DNA of 64,000 nucleotides from an uncultured Bdellovibrionales bacterium. GTDB taxonomy: Bacteria; Patescibacteriota; Minisyncoccia; Moranbacterales; UBA1568. Where the stretch lies: positions 1,695 through 65,694 of the forward strand of contig CAYMZY010000001.1 in the NCBI GenBank assembly GCA_964395165.1, in the 5' to 3' direction. Positions within the stretch are counted from its first letter, which is position 1; each line of letters starts with the position of its first letter. The position numbers and the translations under genes are program-made. Shown here in pieces: positions 46,358 to 56,004 of this stretch. The notes beneath the pieces were generated by a model. The model was not told where the DNA came from. It worked only from the letters and a program-made list of their open reading frames with translations, and did not search any database.

Positions 46358-47818
46358 ATGTCCTCTCAATTGTCTGAGACACCTGGAACAAAACTGTTCG
46401 TCTTGGATACCAACGTCCTGATGCATGATCCCATGAGTCTCTATCGTTTCGGCGATAATGATGTTTTTATTCCCATTATCGTATTGGAGGAACTTGACGA
46501 CCATAAGCAGGGGACGTCCGGGATCGCCCGGAGTACGCGCCAGGCTACGCGTCTGCTGAGTCAGATTCTCGATGCGGCAAAAGCATCGGGTGTGTCTTTG
46601 GATCAGGGAATCACCTTGTCCGGTCCTTCGAACGAACTTGCTAGTGGGCGGCTCTTCTTGCAGACCGAGAATATTGATCTCGAGTTGCCGGAAGGGTTTG
46701 CGGCAGGGAAAGAAGATAATCAAATACTAGCGGTCGTATCGTATCTGCAGAGAAGTTTTCCTGGGCGCGCGGTAGTCCTTGTCACCAAAGATATCAACAT
46801 GCAGATCAAGGCCACTGCTCTTGGAATCGTCGTGCAGGATTATTTCAACGATAAGGTGCTTGAAGCGGCGGATCGGCGGTATACGGGCGCTTTGGAACTT
46901 CCGAACGACTTCTGGGTCCGGCACCCCGAGATGCTCCACTCGAGTGGAGGAAAGGATGCTTGCTGTCAGTTCAGTTCGTTTCCCGACGAGCATTTTCTTG
47001 TCAACCAGTGCGTATTTCAGAACGGAGGAAGGAAGCCGTTTCAGGCCCTTGTGACTTCCGTGGAGGGTACGCGAGTCACCATGCGGGAGGTGGTCAATTA
47101 TGCATGTGAAAAAAATGCCGTTTTCGGACTTACGGCACGCAATATCGGGCAGAGTTTCGCCCTGAACCTGCTGTTGGATCCGAGGATCGATTTTGTGACG
47201 ATACTCGGCCAAGCCGGTACCGGGAAAACGATTCTGTCCCTGGCCGCGGCTTTGCAGCAGGTGGTTGAAGATAAATCGCATCGGAAAATAATCTTCACGA
47301 GGCTGACGGTACCTTTGGGGGAAGGGATCGGGTGGCTCCCGGGGACCAAAGAAGAGAAAATGGCACCCTGGATGAGACCGCTTTTCGATAATCTTGGCGT
47401 GTTGGGAGCCAGAAGGCCGGAAAAGTCGATCAGTAAGTCCAATGGCGCATATAGGTCGACGGATATCGATCCCGACGAAGCGCAGGCGGTCTCGATTGAA
47501 TACCTCTTGCGGTATATCGAGATCGAAGCGGTCGATTTCATGCGGGGAGCTTCGCTTTCGAAGGTGATCCTGATCATCGATGAGGCGCAGAATTTGACGC
47601 CTCACCAGGTAAAGTCTCTGGTTACCCGGGCTGGTGAAGGGACCAAGGTCATCCTCTTGGGAGATACCTCACAGATCGATAATCCGTATCTGGACGAAAG
47701 CAGCTCCGGATTGACCTATGCCGTTGAGCGATTCAAGGGGTGGGAGGGGAGCGGACATATCCTCCTGCGAGACGGTGAGCGTTCACGACTTGCGACATAT
47801 GCAGCCTTGGTTCTTTAG
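46358..47818 (+). CDS. PhoH2-type protein: N-terminal PIN domain + PhoH-like P-loop ATPase (YlaK-like)
   Basis: PIN: LFVLDTNVLMHDP...IPIIVLEELD. PhoH Walker A GQAGTGKT. Walker B LIIDEAQN. Confidence 0.8.
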   Translation: MSSQLSETPGTKLFVLDTNVLMHDPMSLYRFGDNDVFIPIIVLEELDDHKQGTSGIARSTRQATRLLSQILDAAKASGVSLDQGITLSGPSNELASGRLFLQTENIDLELPEGFAAGKEDNQILAVVSYLQRSFPGRAVVLVTKDINMQIKATALGIVVQDYFNDKVLEAADRRYTGALELPNDFWVRHPEMLHSSGGKDACCQFSSFPDEHFLVNQCVFQNGGRKPFQALVTSVEGTRVTMREVVNYACEKNAVFGLTARNIGQSFALNLLLDPRIDFVTILGQAGTGKTILSLAAALQQVVEDKSHRKIIFTRLTVPLGEGIGWLPGTKEEKMAPWMRPLFDNLGVLGARRPEKSISKSNGAYRSTDIDPDEAQAVSIEYLLRYIEIEAVDFMRGASLSKVILIIDEAQNLTPHQVKSLVTRAGEGTKVILLGDTSQIDNPYLDESSSGLTYAVERFKGWEGSGHILLRDGERSRLATYAALVL

Positions 47819-47834
47819 ATTTTTCTTTTTCCAT

Positions 47835-47861
47835 CCCCCGGTAATTTCGGGGGCTTTTTTT
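47835..47861 (+). terminator. intrinsic terminator (cccccg/cggggg + T7)
   Basis: Seen directly. Confidence 0.6.
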
Positions 47862-47934
47862 AGCTGAAAAATGGAGTACGGAACGATTCTCCAAAACCAT
47901 GTATACTGGAAGAGCTTTTCCTTTCTGAATCCAT

Positions 47935-49491
47935 ATGACGCAAGCTGAGGCTCTTGCCATCCTTCGTTCCGGTGCCCATGTCTTTTTGACGGGTGAGGCG
48001 GGATCAGGGAAGACACACACCATCAATGCTTATACCTCTTATCTCCGGGAACGAGGGATCGATTTTGCGGTGACCGCTTCGACCGGAATAGCTGCCACTC
48101 ATATTCACGGGATGACCATTCATGCCTGGAGCGGCATCGGGACCGCTCGTTCTTTGGATGAGGATGGCATACGGACGCTTGCCGATAATCGCTATGTCGC
48201 TAAGCGAATCAAGAAAACGAAGGTCTTGATTATCGATGAGATTTCCATGCTGGACGCATCGGTATTCGATACCGTTGAACGGATTTGTCGGGCCATCAAG
48301 AAAGGACAACTTCCCTTTGGCGGATTGCAGGTCGTGGTTGTGGGGGATTTCTTTCAGCTGCCTCCGGTGGCGAAAGAAGGTGAATTTTCCCGTTTCGCTT
48401 TCGAATCGGAGACTTGGCAGTGGCTTGGTCTCAAAGTTTGCTATCTGACTGACCAGTATCGACAAGAAGATGATATGTTTCTTGAACTGCTCTCAGCGAT
48501 ACGCTCACAATCCTGGGGAGATCTGTATCAGCGTCGGTTGGAAGCGCGGCTCATCGGCGATGGAGAAGTGCTGCCGGATGAGATGACTCGTCTTTTTTCA
48601 CATAACGCGGACGTCGATCGAATCAATCAAAGTGAACTCGGAAAATTGGATGCGAAGACGTATCGTTTCGTCATGGCGGAACGTGGCCCCGAAAAGCTCG
48701 TGGAAGCTCTCAAGCGAGGGTGTCTTTCTCCTTCGCGGCTGGAGCTCAAAGAGGGGGCCTCCGTGATGTTCACGAAGAATAATCAAGGAGAAGGCTTCGT
48801 CAACGGGACGCTTGGAGTCGTGACTGGTTTCGAAGGAACGAAACACTGGCCGGTAGTACGGACGCATGCGGGTGATCGCATCGTAGTCGAGCCGATGGAG
48901 TGGATGATGATGGAGGGTGACATAGCCTTGGCGAAGATCACTCAGCTTCCGCTCAGACTTGCTTGGGCGATGACGATACATAAGAGCCAAGGCGTGAGCC
49001 TTGATGCGGCGGTGATGGATCTTTCACAGGCTTTTGAATTCGGCCAGGGATACGTGGCTCTCTCTCGGGTTCGGCGTCTTTCGGGAGTCTATCTTATCGG
49101 GATAAATAAACGGGCGCTTGAGGTGCATCCGAGAGTTTTTCAGGAAGACCGGATATTTCGTGAAGTTTCCCGGGTGACTCTGGAATGGTCCCGATCTCTT
49201 GTCCCGGAAGAGCGAGAGCGGATCGAGCGGAATTTCATTCTTATTTCGGGTGGGAAGCAAGATGGGGAAACGAAAGGGCACGTGGAAGGTTCGGTACCCG
49301 AATCATTGTCGGAGAAAACTGGAAAGACGACGAACACTCATGCGTATCGACACTGGACGGATGCGGAAGAAGAGCGATTGAAAAAATTATTCAATAAGGG
49401 AGTACCGGTAAGAGATATCGCGCTCATGCTGGATCGGCAGGTCGGGGGAGTTCGTTCACGGATGAAGAAACTTGAACTGAAGGAAACATAG
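47935..49491 (+). CDS. Pif1/RecD-family ATP-dependent DNA helicase with C-terminal helix-turn-helix domain
   Basis: Walker A TGEAGSGKT, Walker B LIIDEISM. RecD-like C-terminal motifs. C-terminal HTH-like WTDAEEERLKKLFNKGVPVRDIALML. Confidence 0.75.
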   Translation: MTQAEALAILRSGAHVFLTGEAGSGKTHTINAYTSYLRERGIDFAVTASTGIAATHIHGMTIHAWSGIGTARSLDEDGIRTLADNRYVAKRIKKTKVLIIDEISMLDASVFDTVERICRAIKKGQLPFGGLQVVVVGDFFQLPPVAKEGEFSRFAFESETWQWLGLKVCYLTDQYRQEDDMFLELLSAIRSQSWGDLYQRRLEARLIGDGEVLPDEMTRLFSHNADVDRINQSELGKLDAKTYRFVMAERGPEKLVEALKRGCLSPSRLELKEGASVMFTKNNQGEGFVNGTLGVVTGFEGTKHWPVVRTHAGDRIVVEPMEWMMMEGDIALAKITQLPLRLAWAMTIHKSQGVSLDAAVMDLSQAFEFGQGYVALSRVRRLSGVYLIGINKRALEVHPRVFQEDRIFREVSRVTLEWSRSLVPEERERIERNFILISGGKQDGETKGHVEGSVPESLSEKTGKTTNTHAYRHWTDAEEERLKKLFNKGVPVRDIALMLDRQVGGVRSRMKKLELKET

Positions 49492-49607
49492 ACCTTCTGA
49501 TAAGGGAGTCTGAAGAGAGATGAGGCATGATCGGTGATTTTGGAAGGAAGACGGAACGTGGTATCTTAACAGGAGAACACCATTTTCATTGAAGCGCACC
49601 GTGTCGT

Positions 49608-50423
49608 ATGGGTATCTTTTTTTTCTTTTCTTTGGGTTTGATAGTAGGAAGTTTCCTGAATGTCGTCGCGCTGCGATTGGAAACAGGGACGGATTTCATC
49701 CGTGGACGTTCGGCTTGTCCGCAGTGTCAGTCGCTTATCGCTTGGTATGACAATATTCCGCTTTTCTCATTCTTTTTTCTCAGGGGAAAGTGCCGATCCT
49801 GCAAAGCGCCTATCCCGTGGCGTTATCCGCTGGTTGAATTGGGTACCGGACTCGTGTACGCCGGTACATTCTGGTTGTTTCTCGACCCGGTTGGAACCAC
49901 ATTGATCGAGACGGTCTGGTTACTTGGGCTCTTCTCCCTTTTAATCATCATCGGCCTGTATGATGCGAAAACGATGGAGATACCGGTCCTACTCCTTCAG
50001 GTGAGCGCGTTTTGGACGATTGTGGCGCTTCTTCTTCTGGATTGGAGCCTGTCGACGAATATGATGTGGGCTTGGGATGGGCGGACCGTTTCGGGGCTGC
50101 TCGGTGCTTTGGGAGCCTGGATTTTTTTCGCAGCCCTCTCTTTTTTCTCCAAAGAGACGTGGATGGGCTGGGGAGATTCATGGTTAGCGGCTATCATCGG
50201 GCTTGCCGTGGGTATCGGGGGGGTATTTTTTGCTCTGACTCTTTCTTTCGCTATCGGCGCGATTTTCTCCTGTATTCTTTTGTTTCGAAAAAAAGCAGGT
50301 ATGACTACCCAGGTCCCTTTTGGGCCTTTTCTCGTTGCGGGTCTTATATCGTATTTTTTTCTTTCCCGGCTCGATGCAATCCGGTATGGGAGTAACGCAT
50401 GGTTATCCTCTCTTTTTTCCTGA
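49608..50423 (+). CDS. pilD: prepilin peptidase PilD (A24 family)
   Basis: N-terminal CPQC...CRSC zinc motif. Catalytic Asp motifs (YDAKTMEIP; GWGDSWLAA). 8 TM. Confidence 0.85.
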   Translation: MGIFFFFSLGLIVGSFLNVVALRLETGTDFIRGRSACPQCQSLIAWYDNIPLFSFFFLRGKCRSCKAPIPWRYPLVELGTGLVYAGTFWLFLDPVGTTLIETVWLLGLFSLLIIIGLYDAKTMEIPVLLLQVSAFWTIVALLLLDWSLSTNMMWAWDGRTVSGLLGALGAWIFFAALSFFSKETWMGWGDSWLAAIIGLAVGIGGVFFALTLSFAIGAIFSCILLFRKKAGMTTQVPFGPFLVAGLISYFFLSRLDAIRYGSNAWLSSLFS

Positions 50424-50461
50424 GGTCATCCAGTGTGATACTGATGCGAAAGACCGTTTTT

Positions 50462-50490
50462 TTGTCGGATGGGGTGAGGTGCTGTATACT
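50462..50490 (+). promoter_or_regulatory. putative promoter TTGTCG-N17-TATACT for the pseudopilin operon
   Basis: Hexamers seen. TGTATACT motif. Confidence 0.35.
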
Positions 50491-50547
50491 ATACTTATTG
50501 GAAGGGTCTGATTTCTTTAATTTTTTCAAATTCGCAGGAAATCCGAT

Positions 50548-51072
50548 ATGCCTCAAAAGAAAGGATTCACCCTCATCGAAGTCCTGGTGGTTGTCGCTAT
50601 CATCGGTATCGCTTCGGCGATCATCCTCGTGTCTATTGGCAACGGAAGGACACAAAAACAAGTGGAAGGTGATGCTCGCCGTTTGGTCGGCATGTTGCGT
50701 GAAATTCAGAATGATGCGCTCTCGGGAAAACAAGTCGTTTTAGGAAGGATTTCATGCGCTTTCGTGTTTCCGCCGTCCGCTAGTGCCGAAACTATCATCT
50801 CTCCTACGTATAGGTATCGGAATGGTGCGAGTTGTGCATCCACTCTGAGCGATGATCTTCCGTCTCTCAATCTGACTCCGGGGGTGAGCATTTCGGTTGC
50901 GAATGCGGGGGTCAGTTTCGTGGTTCCGTGGGGAGAGGTCTGGGATGGGTCATTGACGGCTCGGTTGGCAAGTACGGTCCAATATACACTGGTCAAGTCG
51001 GGAGTAACCTGGTCGGTTTGCGTGTACCCCGGAGGCCGGATTGAAGAAATAGCCGGGGCGAGTTGCCCGTAG
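50548..51072 (+). CDS. type IV pilin-like protein / pseudopilin
   Basis: [28 protein letters not shown] class III signal. Confidence 0.7.
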   Translation: MPQKKGFTLIEVLVVVAIIGIASAIILVSIGNGRTQKQVEGDARRLVGMLREIQNDALSGKQVVLGRISCAFVFPPSASAETIISPTYRYRNGASCASTLSDDLPSLNLTPGVSISVANAGVSFVVPWGEVWDGSLTARLASTVQYTLVKSGVTWSVCVYPGGRIEEIAGASCP

Positions 51073-51088
51073 ATACATCAGGATTCAT

Positions 51089-51802
51089 ATGAGAATATCC
51101 AGAGTCATGAACAGGGACCATAAGGAACGCGGAAGAATAGTGGTGTTTTCTTGTCCGCTTTCTGGACAGAAAAAAAGCGGAAACGCTTTTCGAGTCCGCG
51201 CTTTTTCGATGGTAGAAGTGATTATCGCATCCGCGATCGTCGCTATCGGTCTGACTGCCGTGTTGCAGCTCCTATCCTCATCGCTCAATAACGTTTTTCG
51301 TGATACGGATGCCATAGTGGCGACAGAGCTCGCTCAGGAGGGTTTGGAATACACGTACAATGTCCGAGATAGCAACCTTGCCGCGACCAGCGACGCTTTC
51401 CCGACCTCGGGAACGCGCGCCTTTCCTGGTACCTCTTCAAGGAATTTTTGTCGATTAGATGCGACGACTCCGAGATTCGTTCTGTCTGGCGCCAGTCGGA
51501 ACTGCTTCCCGGATGCGAGGCGTTCGTCACGCCGATATTCGCTTGTTCCAGTGGGGAATTTTTACGTATTCCAAAATGCGGTCACGCATTTCGCTCGCGT
51601 TATCTTTATCGAGCTAGACAATGTCTCGGATCCGCAGCAGGCCGAAGTGACCAGTATTGTCTGGTGGGGGCGAAGCGATGTTCATCCGGCGGGGGTTTTT
51701 CCGGGAGCGACTGCTAATACCGTGGATGTTTCTCAGTGCACTCGGGCGAACCAGTGTGTCTACGTGCAGGCTGTTTTGACGAATTGGAAACCGGGATCAT
51801 AA
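51089..51802 (+). CDS. pseudopilin-like protein (non-canonical prepilin signal ...RAF/SMVEVIIASAIVAIGL)
   Basis: Prepilin-like hydrophobic helix with Glu at +5. Start and leader length uncertain. Confidence 0.5.
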   Translation: MRISRVMNRDHKERGRIVVFSCPLSGQKKSGNAFRVRAFSMVEVIIASAIVAIGLTAVLQLLSSSLNNVFRDTDAIVATELAQEGLEYTYNVRDSNLAATSDAFPTSGTRAFPGTSSRNFCRLDATTPRFVLSGASRNCFPDARRSSRRYSLVPVGNFYVFQNAVTHFARVIFIELDNVSDPQQAEVTSIVWWGRSDVHPAGVFPGATANTVDVSQCTRANQCVYVQAVLTNWKPGS

Positions 51803-51813
51803 CGAGTACTTCT

Positions 51814-52401
51814 ATGTATCAGAACAGGAGGAAACGGAATGTCGTGTCGCAGGGAGGATTTTCCTTGATAGAAGTCGTTGTCGCGATGGGTGTTTTTTCC
51901 CTTCTCATGGCCATCGTTTCAGTGGTTTTCAGCGGGGGGTTCGCGGCGTATCGCAATACGGCGAGTTCTCAAAAATACCTTGAAAACGCTCAGTACATCA
52001 TGAACGATCTCGTTAAGCAGTTGCGAACCAGTTCCGTAATCAGTCCGGCAGGGGATCCGGGGACCAATACTTCCCCGGTAAGTGTCACCTTTTTCGATTA
52101 TTCGCAGTCAAGGTGCATCATGTACCGTCAGCATTTGTCGCCTAATTATATCGAGAAGTCAATCGGAACTGCAGTGACCGTCGCCTCTTGTGGTGCGGCA
52201 CCCGGATTCGATGATTGGGATCGTTTGACCACGGGCGAAGTCACGATGAATCTCATCGTTCGGGATTCAGCGTTGAATACTCGGGCCGGGATGGCCATCA
52301 TTTCCTTTCTTGTCGGGGGTGGAGGGACCTCTGTTGTTAATCCGATCCTGTTGCAATCAACAGTTTCTTTGCGTGACTACAAAAAGTCTCTCGGGTTGTA
52401 A
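51814..52401 (+). CDS. pseudopilin (minor pilin)
   Basis: MYQNRRKRNVVSQG/FSLIEVVVAMGVFSLLMAIV. Confidence 0.65.
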   Translation: MYQNRRKRNVVSQGGFSLIEVVVAMGVFSLLMAIVSVVFSGGFAAYRNTASSQKYLENAQYIMNDLVKQLRTSSVISPAGDPGTNTSPVSVTFFDYSQSRCIMYRQHLSPNYIEKSIGTAVTVASCGAAPGFDDWDRLTTGEVTMNLIVRDSALNTRAGMAIISFLVGGGGTSVVNPILLQSTVSLRDYKKSLGL

Positions 52402-52544
52402 AATACTTCTTCTTGTTTTTAGGGTGCGGCGTTTCGGAGTGAACAGAGAGGGAGCGCTTCGGGTGAGAATGGAGTCTTTACGGGGAAGGGAAAGCATGGT
52501 ATGCTCTTTTTTGCGTTTCCGGAGGGTTTGGATAAGGGGGCGCA

Positions 52545-53369
52545 GTGTTTTTTATGAATCTGCATTTCGGTTTCTTTTCGGGAGTGGATCGGCAGCCGGG
52601 GATAAAAAGAAAGAGTTTTTTCAGAGTCGATGTTCGTGCGTTCGCCCCCCTTTTTTTTCTTGTCGGGGGCAGCTTGTCTCCCGTTATTGATGGAGGTGCT
52701 TTTTCGGAGTTGACCGATCTCCCAGCGGTAACGATGGTTCAGAGGTTCGATCCGCCTGTCGGGCTTCCTGAATCTGTTCAGGAGAATTCGGAACAGAATG
52801 ATAATCTCGTTCGATGTCGCTGGCAGGCAGATCGGGTACTTCTATCCTCGCTCGGGCAAGAGATACCTCTTCGCGCTTCTGGGACGGGGTGTTCTGAAGA
52901 GGAAGGCGAGAGTATCGGCAATCGGAGCGAGAACCGGGGAATACGCGAAAAGGTGATTGCTCTCACCTCGGAAGAATATCCTCTTTCGGTTATGGCGGGG
53001 AGCATCGCCTTGTACGACCCTCCTATTGCCGGACTTATTGTCGGTATCGCGAAAAAGGAAAGCGATTGGGGGAAGCATACCCCGAAACTCCATGGAGAGG
53101 AGTGTTTCAATTATTGGGGATATCGTGGGTATGGTAATCGCGGTGTGACCGAGGATGGGTATGGTTGTTTCGAAAAGCCGGCCGATGCCGTTCAGGTTAT
53201 CGGGAACCGTTTGATCGAGCTTTCTTCGGTGCGTGGCGGAATGACTGATCCGGAACAGATGATCATGTGGAAATGCGGTTCAAGCTGTCAGGGGCACAGT
53301 CCGGAGAGCGTCCGCAAATGGATCAGCGATGTGAGGTTGTATTATCAGCAGTTCGCCGGGGTGTTCTAG
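52545..53369 (+). CDS. hypothetical secreted protein with a possible GH73-like (N-acetylglucosaminidase/lysozyme-like) C-terminal domain
   Basis: IAKKESDWGKH...NYWGYRGYG resembles the GH73 (FlgJ/AcmA) catalytic Glu region. Weak evidence. Start uncertain. Confidence 0.35.
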   Translation: MFFMNLHFGFFSGVDRQPGIKRKSFFRVDVRAFAPLFFLVGGSLSPVIDGGAFSELTDLPAVTMVQRFDPPVGLPESVQENSEQNDNLVRCRWQADRVLLSSLGQEIPLRASGTGCSEEEGESIGNRSENRGIREKVIALTSEEYPLSVMAGSIALYDPPIAGLIVGIAKKESDWGKHTPKLHGEECFNYWGYRGYGNRGVTEDGYGCFEKPADAVQVIGNRLIELSSVRGGMTDPEQMIMWKCGSSCQGHSPESVRKWISDVRLYYQQFAGVF

Positions 53370-53432
53370 AGGCGATGAGAGATCGTTTTTCTGTGTATGT
53401 GATTTTATATCCCGCTCATTTTTTTTGTATCC

Positions 53433-54449
53433 TTGAGGGCTCTGCCGGATGATTTGCACAAGACATTTTCGTCCGGTCACGGTATACTGTGGAATATGAC
53501 CTGGATAATCGTTTCGATCATCTCGTATTTCTTCGGAGCCGTAGCTGCGCTTTTGGACAAAGCGCTTCTTTCGGGCCGAATCGGTCATCCGTCCGTATAC
53601 GCATTTTTCGTTTCGCTTTTCAGCCTGTTCGCTCTTCTATTCGTACCGTTCGGATTCCAGTGGTACGGATATGTTCCGACGCTGGTCTTTCTTTTCTCGG
53701 GGATATTGTTCTTGTACGGACTTTTGGCACTGTATACTGCCGTACAGAAAAGCGAGGTGTCCCGTGTGGCACCCTTGGTCGGGACCGTTATGGCGCTGAC
53801 CGCCTTGTTTATTTATTTTTTCCCGCTCGGCGGCGATTTGGGCCGGGTCATCACCATCACCTGGGTGCAGTTTCTAGCATTCGCTCTTTTGGTTGGTGGC
53901 GGCATACTCATCACGATCGATCTTCCATTCAATAGGAAGGAAAGCGTTTCTCCTCTGGCTGTGGTCGCCGGAATTTGCATGTCGATATCGCTTCTTTTGT
54001 TGAAATATGGATATCATCAGTATGATGCGAATTTTGAGAGCGGTTTTGTCTGGTCGCGTATCGGGATGTTTCTTGGAGGAATGAGCCTGTTCCTTATCCC
54101 TCGTTTCCGTAGGCAGATTCTTTCGGGTTTACTGGATCATGGTGTGGCGAACAAGAAGAATACCGGGACCGGTATACTGTTTCTTGCCAACAAGATAAGC
54201 GGTGGCACGGCCGCTTTCTTGATGAATTATGCCACTTTCCTCGGTCCGGTGACATTCATTCAGGCACTTTCGGGAATACAGTTTGTTTTCTTGTTGATGC
54301 TCGCCTGGATGACATCGACCCAGTATCCGCATATTTTTGAGGAACGATTCGGTATGGTACAGTGGATACAGAAGGGTATGGCTATCATTCTGATTGTTTT
54401 TGGGATGTGGCTTTCGGTTATGAGCGGTGTGCGTCTCCTTATTTATTGA
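53433..54449 (+). CDS. 10-TM membrane protein, DMT-superfamily (EamA-like) transporter candidate
   Basis: Two 5-TM repeats. The TATACTG motif at 53483 suggests a leaderless start at ATG 53496. Confidence 0.45.
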   Translation: MRALPDDLHKTFSSGHGILWNMTWIIVSIISYFFGAVAALLDKALLSGRIGHPSVYAFFVSLFSLFALLFVPFGFQWYGYVPTLVFLFSGILFLYGLLALYTAVQKSEVSRVAPLVGTVMALTALFIYFFPLGGDLGRVITITWVQFLAFALLVGGGILITIDLPFNRKESVSPLAVVAGICMSISLLLLKYGYHQYDANFESGFVWSRIGMFLGGMSLFLIPRFRRQILSGLLDHGVANKKNTGTGILFLANKISGGTAAFLMNYATFLGPVTFIQALSGIQFVFLLMLAWMTSTQYPHIFEERFGMVQWIQKGMAIILIVFGMWLSVMSGVRLLIY

Positions 54450-54466
54450 TAGGCAGGATTTCTTTT

Positions 54467-55495
54467 ATGCGGGCCGGTCTCTACTATTTCTTGAAAATAG
54501 TCTTTTGGGTCGTATGGTGGATAGCGTTCTCAGTGACCGTATTGTTCGGATTGTTCAATGTTCCTGGGTTGCATCCGCGTGAGGATGTGGCACTTGGCAT
54601 TACTTTTTCCTCACGGTATGCACGTGATCTTGGTTTGGACTGGAAGGAGACTTACCGGGCGCTTCTCGATGAAGTCGGTGTCCGTAAGGTCCGCATTCCC
54701 GTTTATTGGGATCTGTCCGAACCGCGAGAAGGGGAATATGATTTTGCTGATCTTGATTGGCAGATTGAAGAAACGGCCTCACGGGGCGGTGACATCATCC
54801 TCTCTATCGGACAGCGGGTGCCTCGTTGGCCGGAGTGTCATATTCCTGGCTGGGTCAGTGATGATGCTGATCAGCGAGAGGCTTCCCTGAGCCGGTTTCT
54901 GCGAGAAGTCGTGGGTCGATATAAAGGCACGGAAGTGATTACGGTATGGCAGGTTGAAAATGAGCCGTTTTTGGTTTTCTTCGGTCAGTGTCCGCCCTTC
55001 CGTCGGGAAATGCTCGATCGGGAGATTTCACTCGTGAAATCACTCGATAATTCACGTCCGGTATTGACTACGGATAGCGGAGAACTTTCACTTTGGTATC
55101 AGGCAGCTCATCGAGGTGATCGTTTCGGAACGACGATGTATCGTCATATCTACAAGCATGGATACGGTTACTTCACGTATCCGCTCGGGCCGAGCTTCTT
55201 TATCGCAAAAGAGTGGCTCGTTCGGTTTTTGACCGATCAGGAACATTTTTCAGTCATCGAACTGCAGGCGGAACCTTGGGCAAGCGGTTGGGTGGTCGAT
55301 ATTCCGCTTGAAGAGCAGTTTCGGACGATGGATGAACGGAAGTTGCGGGAAAACGTCCTGTATGCGGAAAAGGTCGGTTTTCCGGAAGTCTATCTTTGGG
55401 GGGCAGAGTGGTGGTATTGGATGAAGGAAAAGAAAGGATATCCAGCAGTATGGGAAACCGCGAAGGAACTGTTTCATGAACATGCCGAAAAATGA
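54467..55495 (+). CDS. membrane-anchored glycoside hydrolase, clan GH-A (GH5/GH35/GH42-like TIM barrel)
   Basis: N-terminal TM. Catalytic-acid motif WQVENEP. About 340 aa. Confidence 0.55.
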   Translation: MRAGLYYFLKIVFWVVWWIAFSVTVLFGLFNVPGLHPREDVALGITFSSRYARDLGLDWKETYRALLDEVGVRKVRIPVYWDLSEPREGEYDFADLDWQIEETASRGGDIILSIGQRVPRWPECHIPGWVSDDADQREASLSRFLREVVGRYKGTEVITVWQVENEPFLVFFGQCPPFRREMLDREISLVKSLDNSRPVLTTDSGELSLWYQAAHRGDRFGTTMYRHIYKHGYGYFTYPLGPSFFIAKEWLVRFLTDQEHFSVIELQAEPWASGWVVDIPLEEQFRTMDERKLRENVLYAEKVGFPEVYLWGAEWWYWMKEKKGYPAVWETAKELFHEHAEK

Positions 55496-55985
55496 TACTC
55501 AAGACATCGTACTGATCATCCATAATGTACGGAGCGCAGCGAATGTCGGATCGATGTTTCGCACGGCCGATGGTGCCGGAGTACGGAAAATCTGGTTGAC
55601 AGGCTATACTCCCGCTCCAGCAGGACTAGATCGGAAGTATTTGACGAAGGCGGAAAAATCTCTCGCTAAGTCTGCTCTTGGTGCGGAGCATTTCGTCGCT
55701 TGGCAGAGAGGTCCGACATTCAAGAGTGTTGTGACGAAACTACGTGCATCAGGCTGTCTGATACTCGGACTCGAACAAGACGGAGAGTCGGTCGCCTTGG
55801 AAGCAATCGGAAGGGATCGGCCTCTCGCGTTGGTTGTCGGGAATGAGGTCGATGGCCTTGATAGGCGTATCCTCAATCAGTGCGATGTGATCGTGGAATT
55901 ACCGATGTATGGAAAGAAGAATTCATTGAATGTTTCGGTCGCTTGTGGCATTGCGCTTTATACCCTTCACGGTATAATGGAATGA
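55476..55985 (+). CDS. SpoU/TrmH-family RNA 2'-O-methyltransferase (SPOUT)
   Basis: LIIHNVRSAANVGSMFRTADGAGV, LVVGNEVDGL, SLNVSVACGIALY. Confidence 0.8.
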   Translation: MNMPKNDTQDIVLIIHNVRSAANVGSMFRTADGAGVRKIWLTGYTPAPAGLDRKYLTKAEKSLAKSALGAEHFVAWQRGPTFKSVVTKLRASGCLILGLEQDGESVALEAIGRDRPLALVVGNEVDGLDRRILNQCDVIVELPMYGKKNSLNVSVACGIALYTLHGIME

Positions 55986-56004
55986 GGAAGAGTAAAAAAA
56001 AAGT

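Noticed and set aside
41854-47605. Long - strand ORFs antisense to the sigma gene (41854-42693), nrdD (44417-45361) and phoH2 (46727-47605)
   Set aside because: They are shadow ORFs of GC-rich genes. The + strand products carry clear family motifs.
54362-54466. GTG start for the GH-A hydrolase overlapping the upstream DMT gene by 88 nt
   Set aside because: ATG 54467 gives an N-terminal TM anchor and avoids the long overlap.
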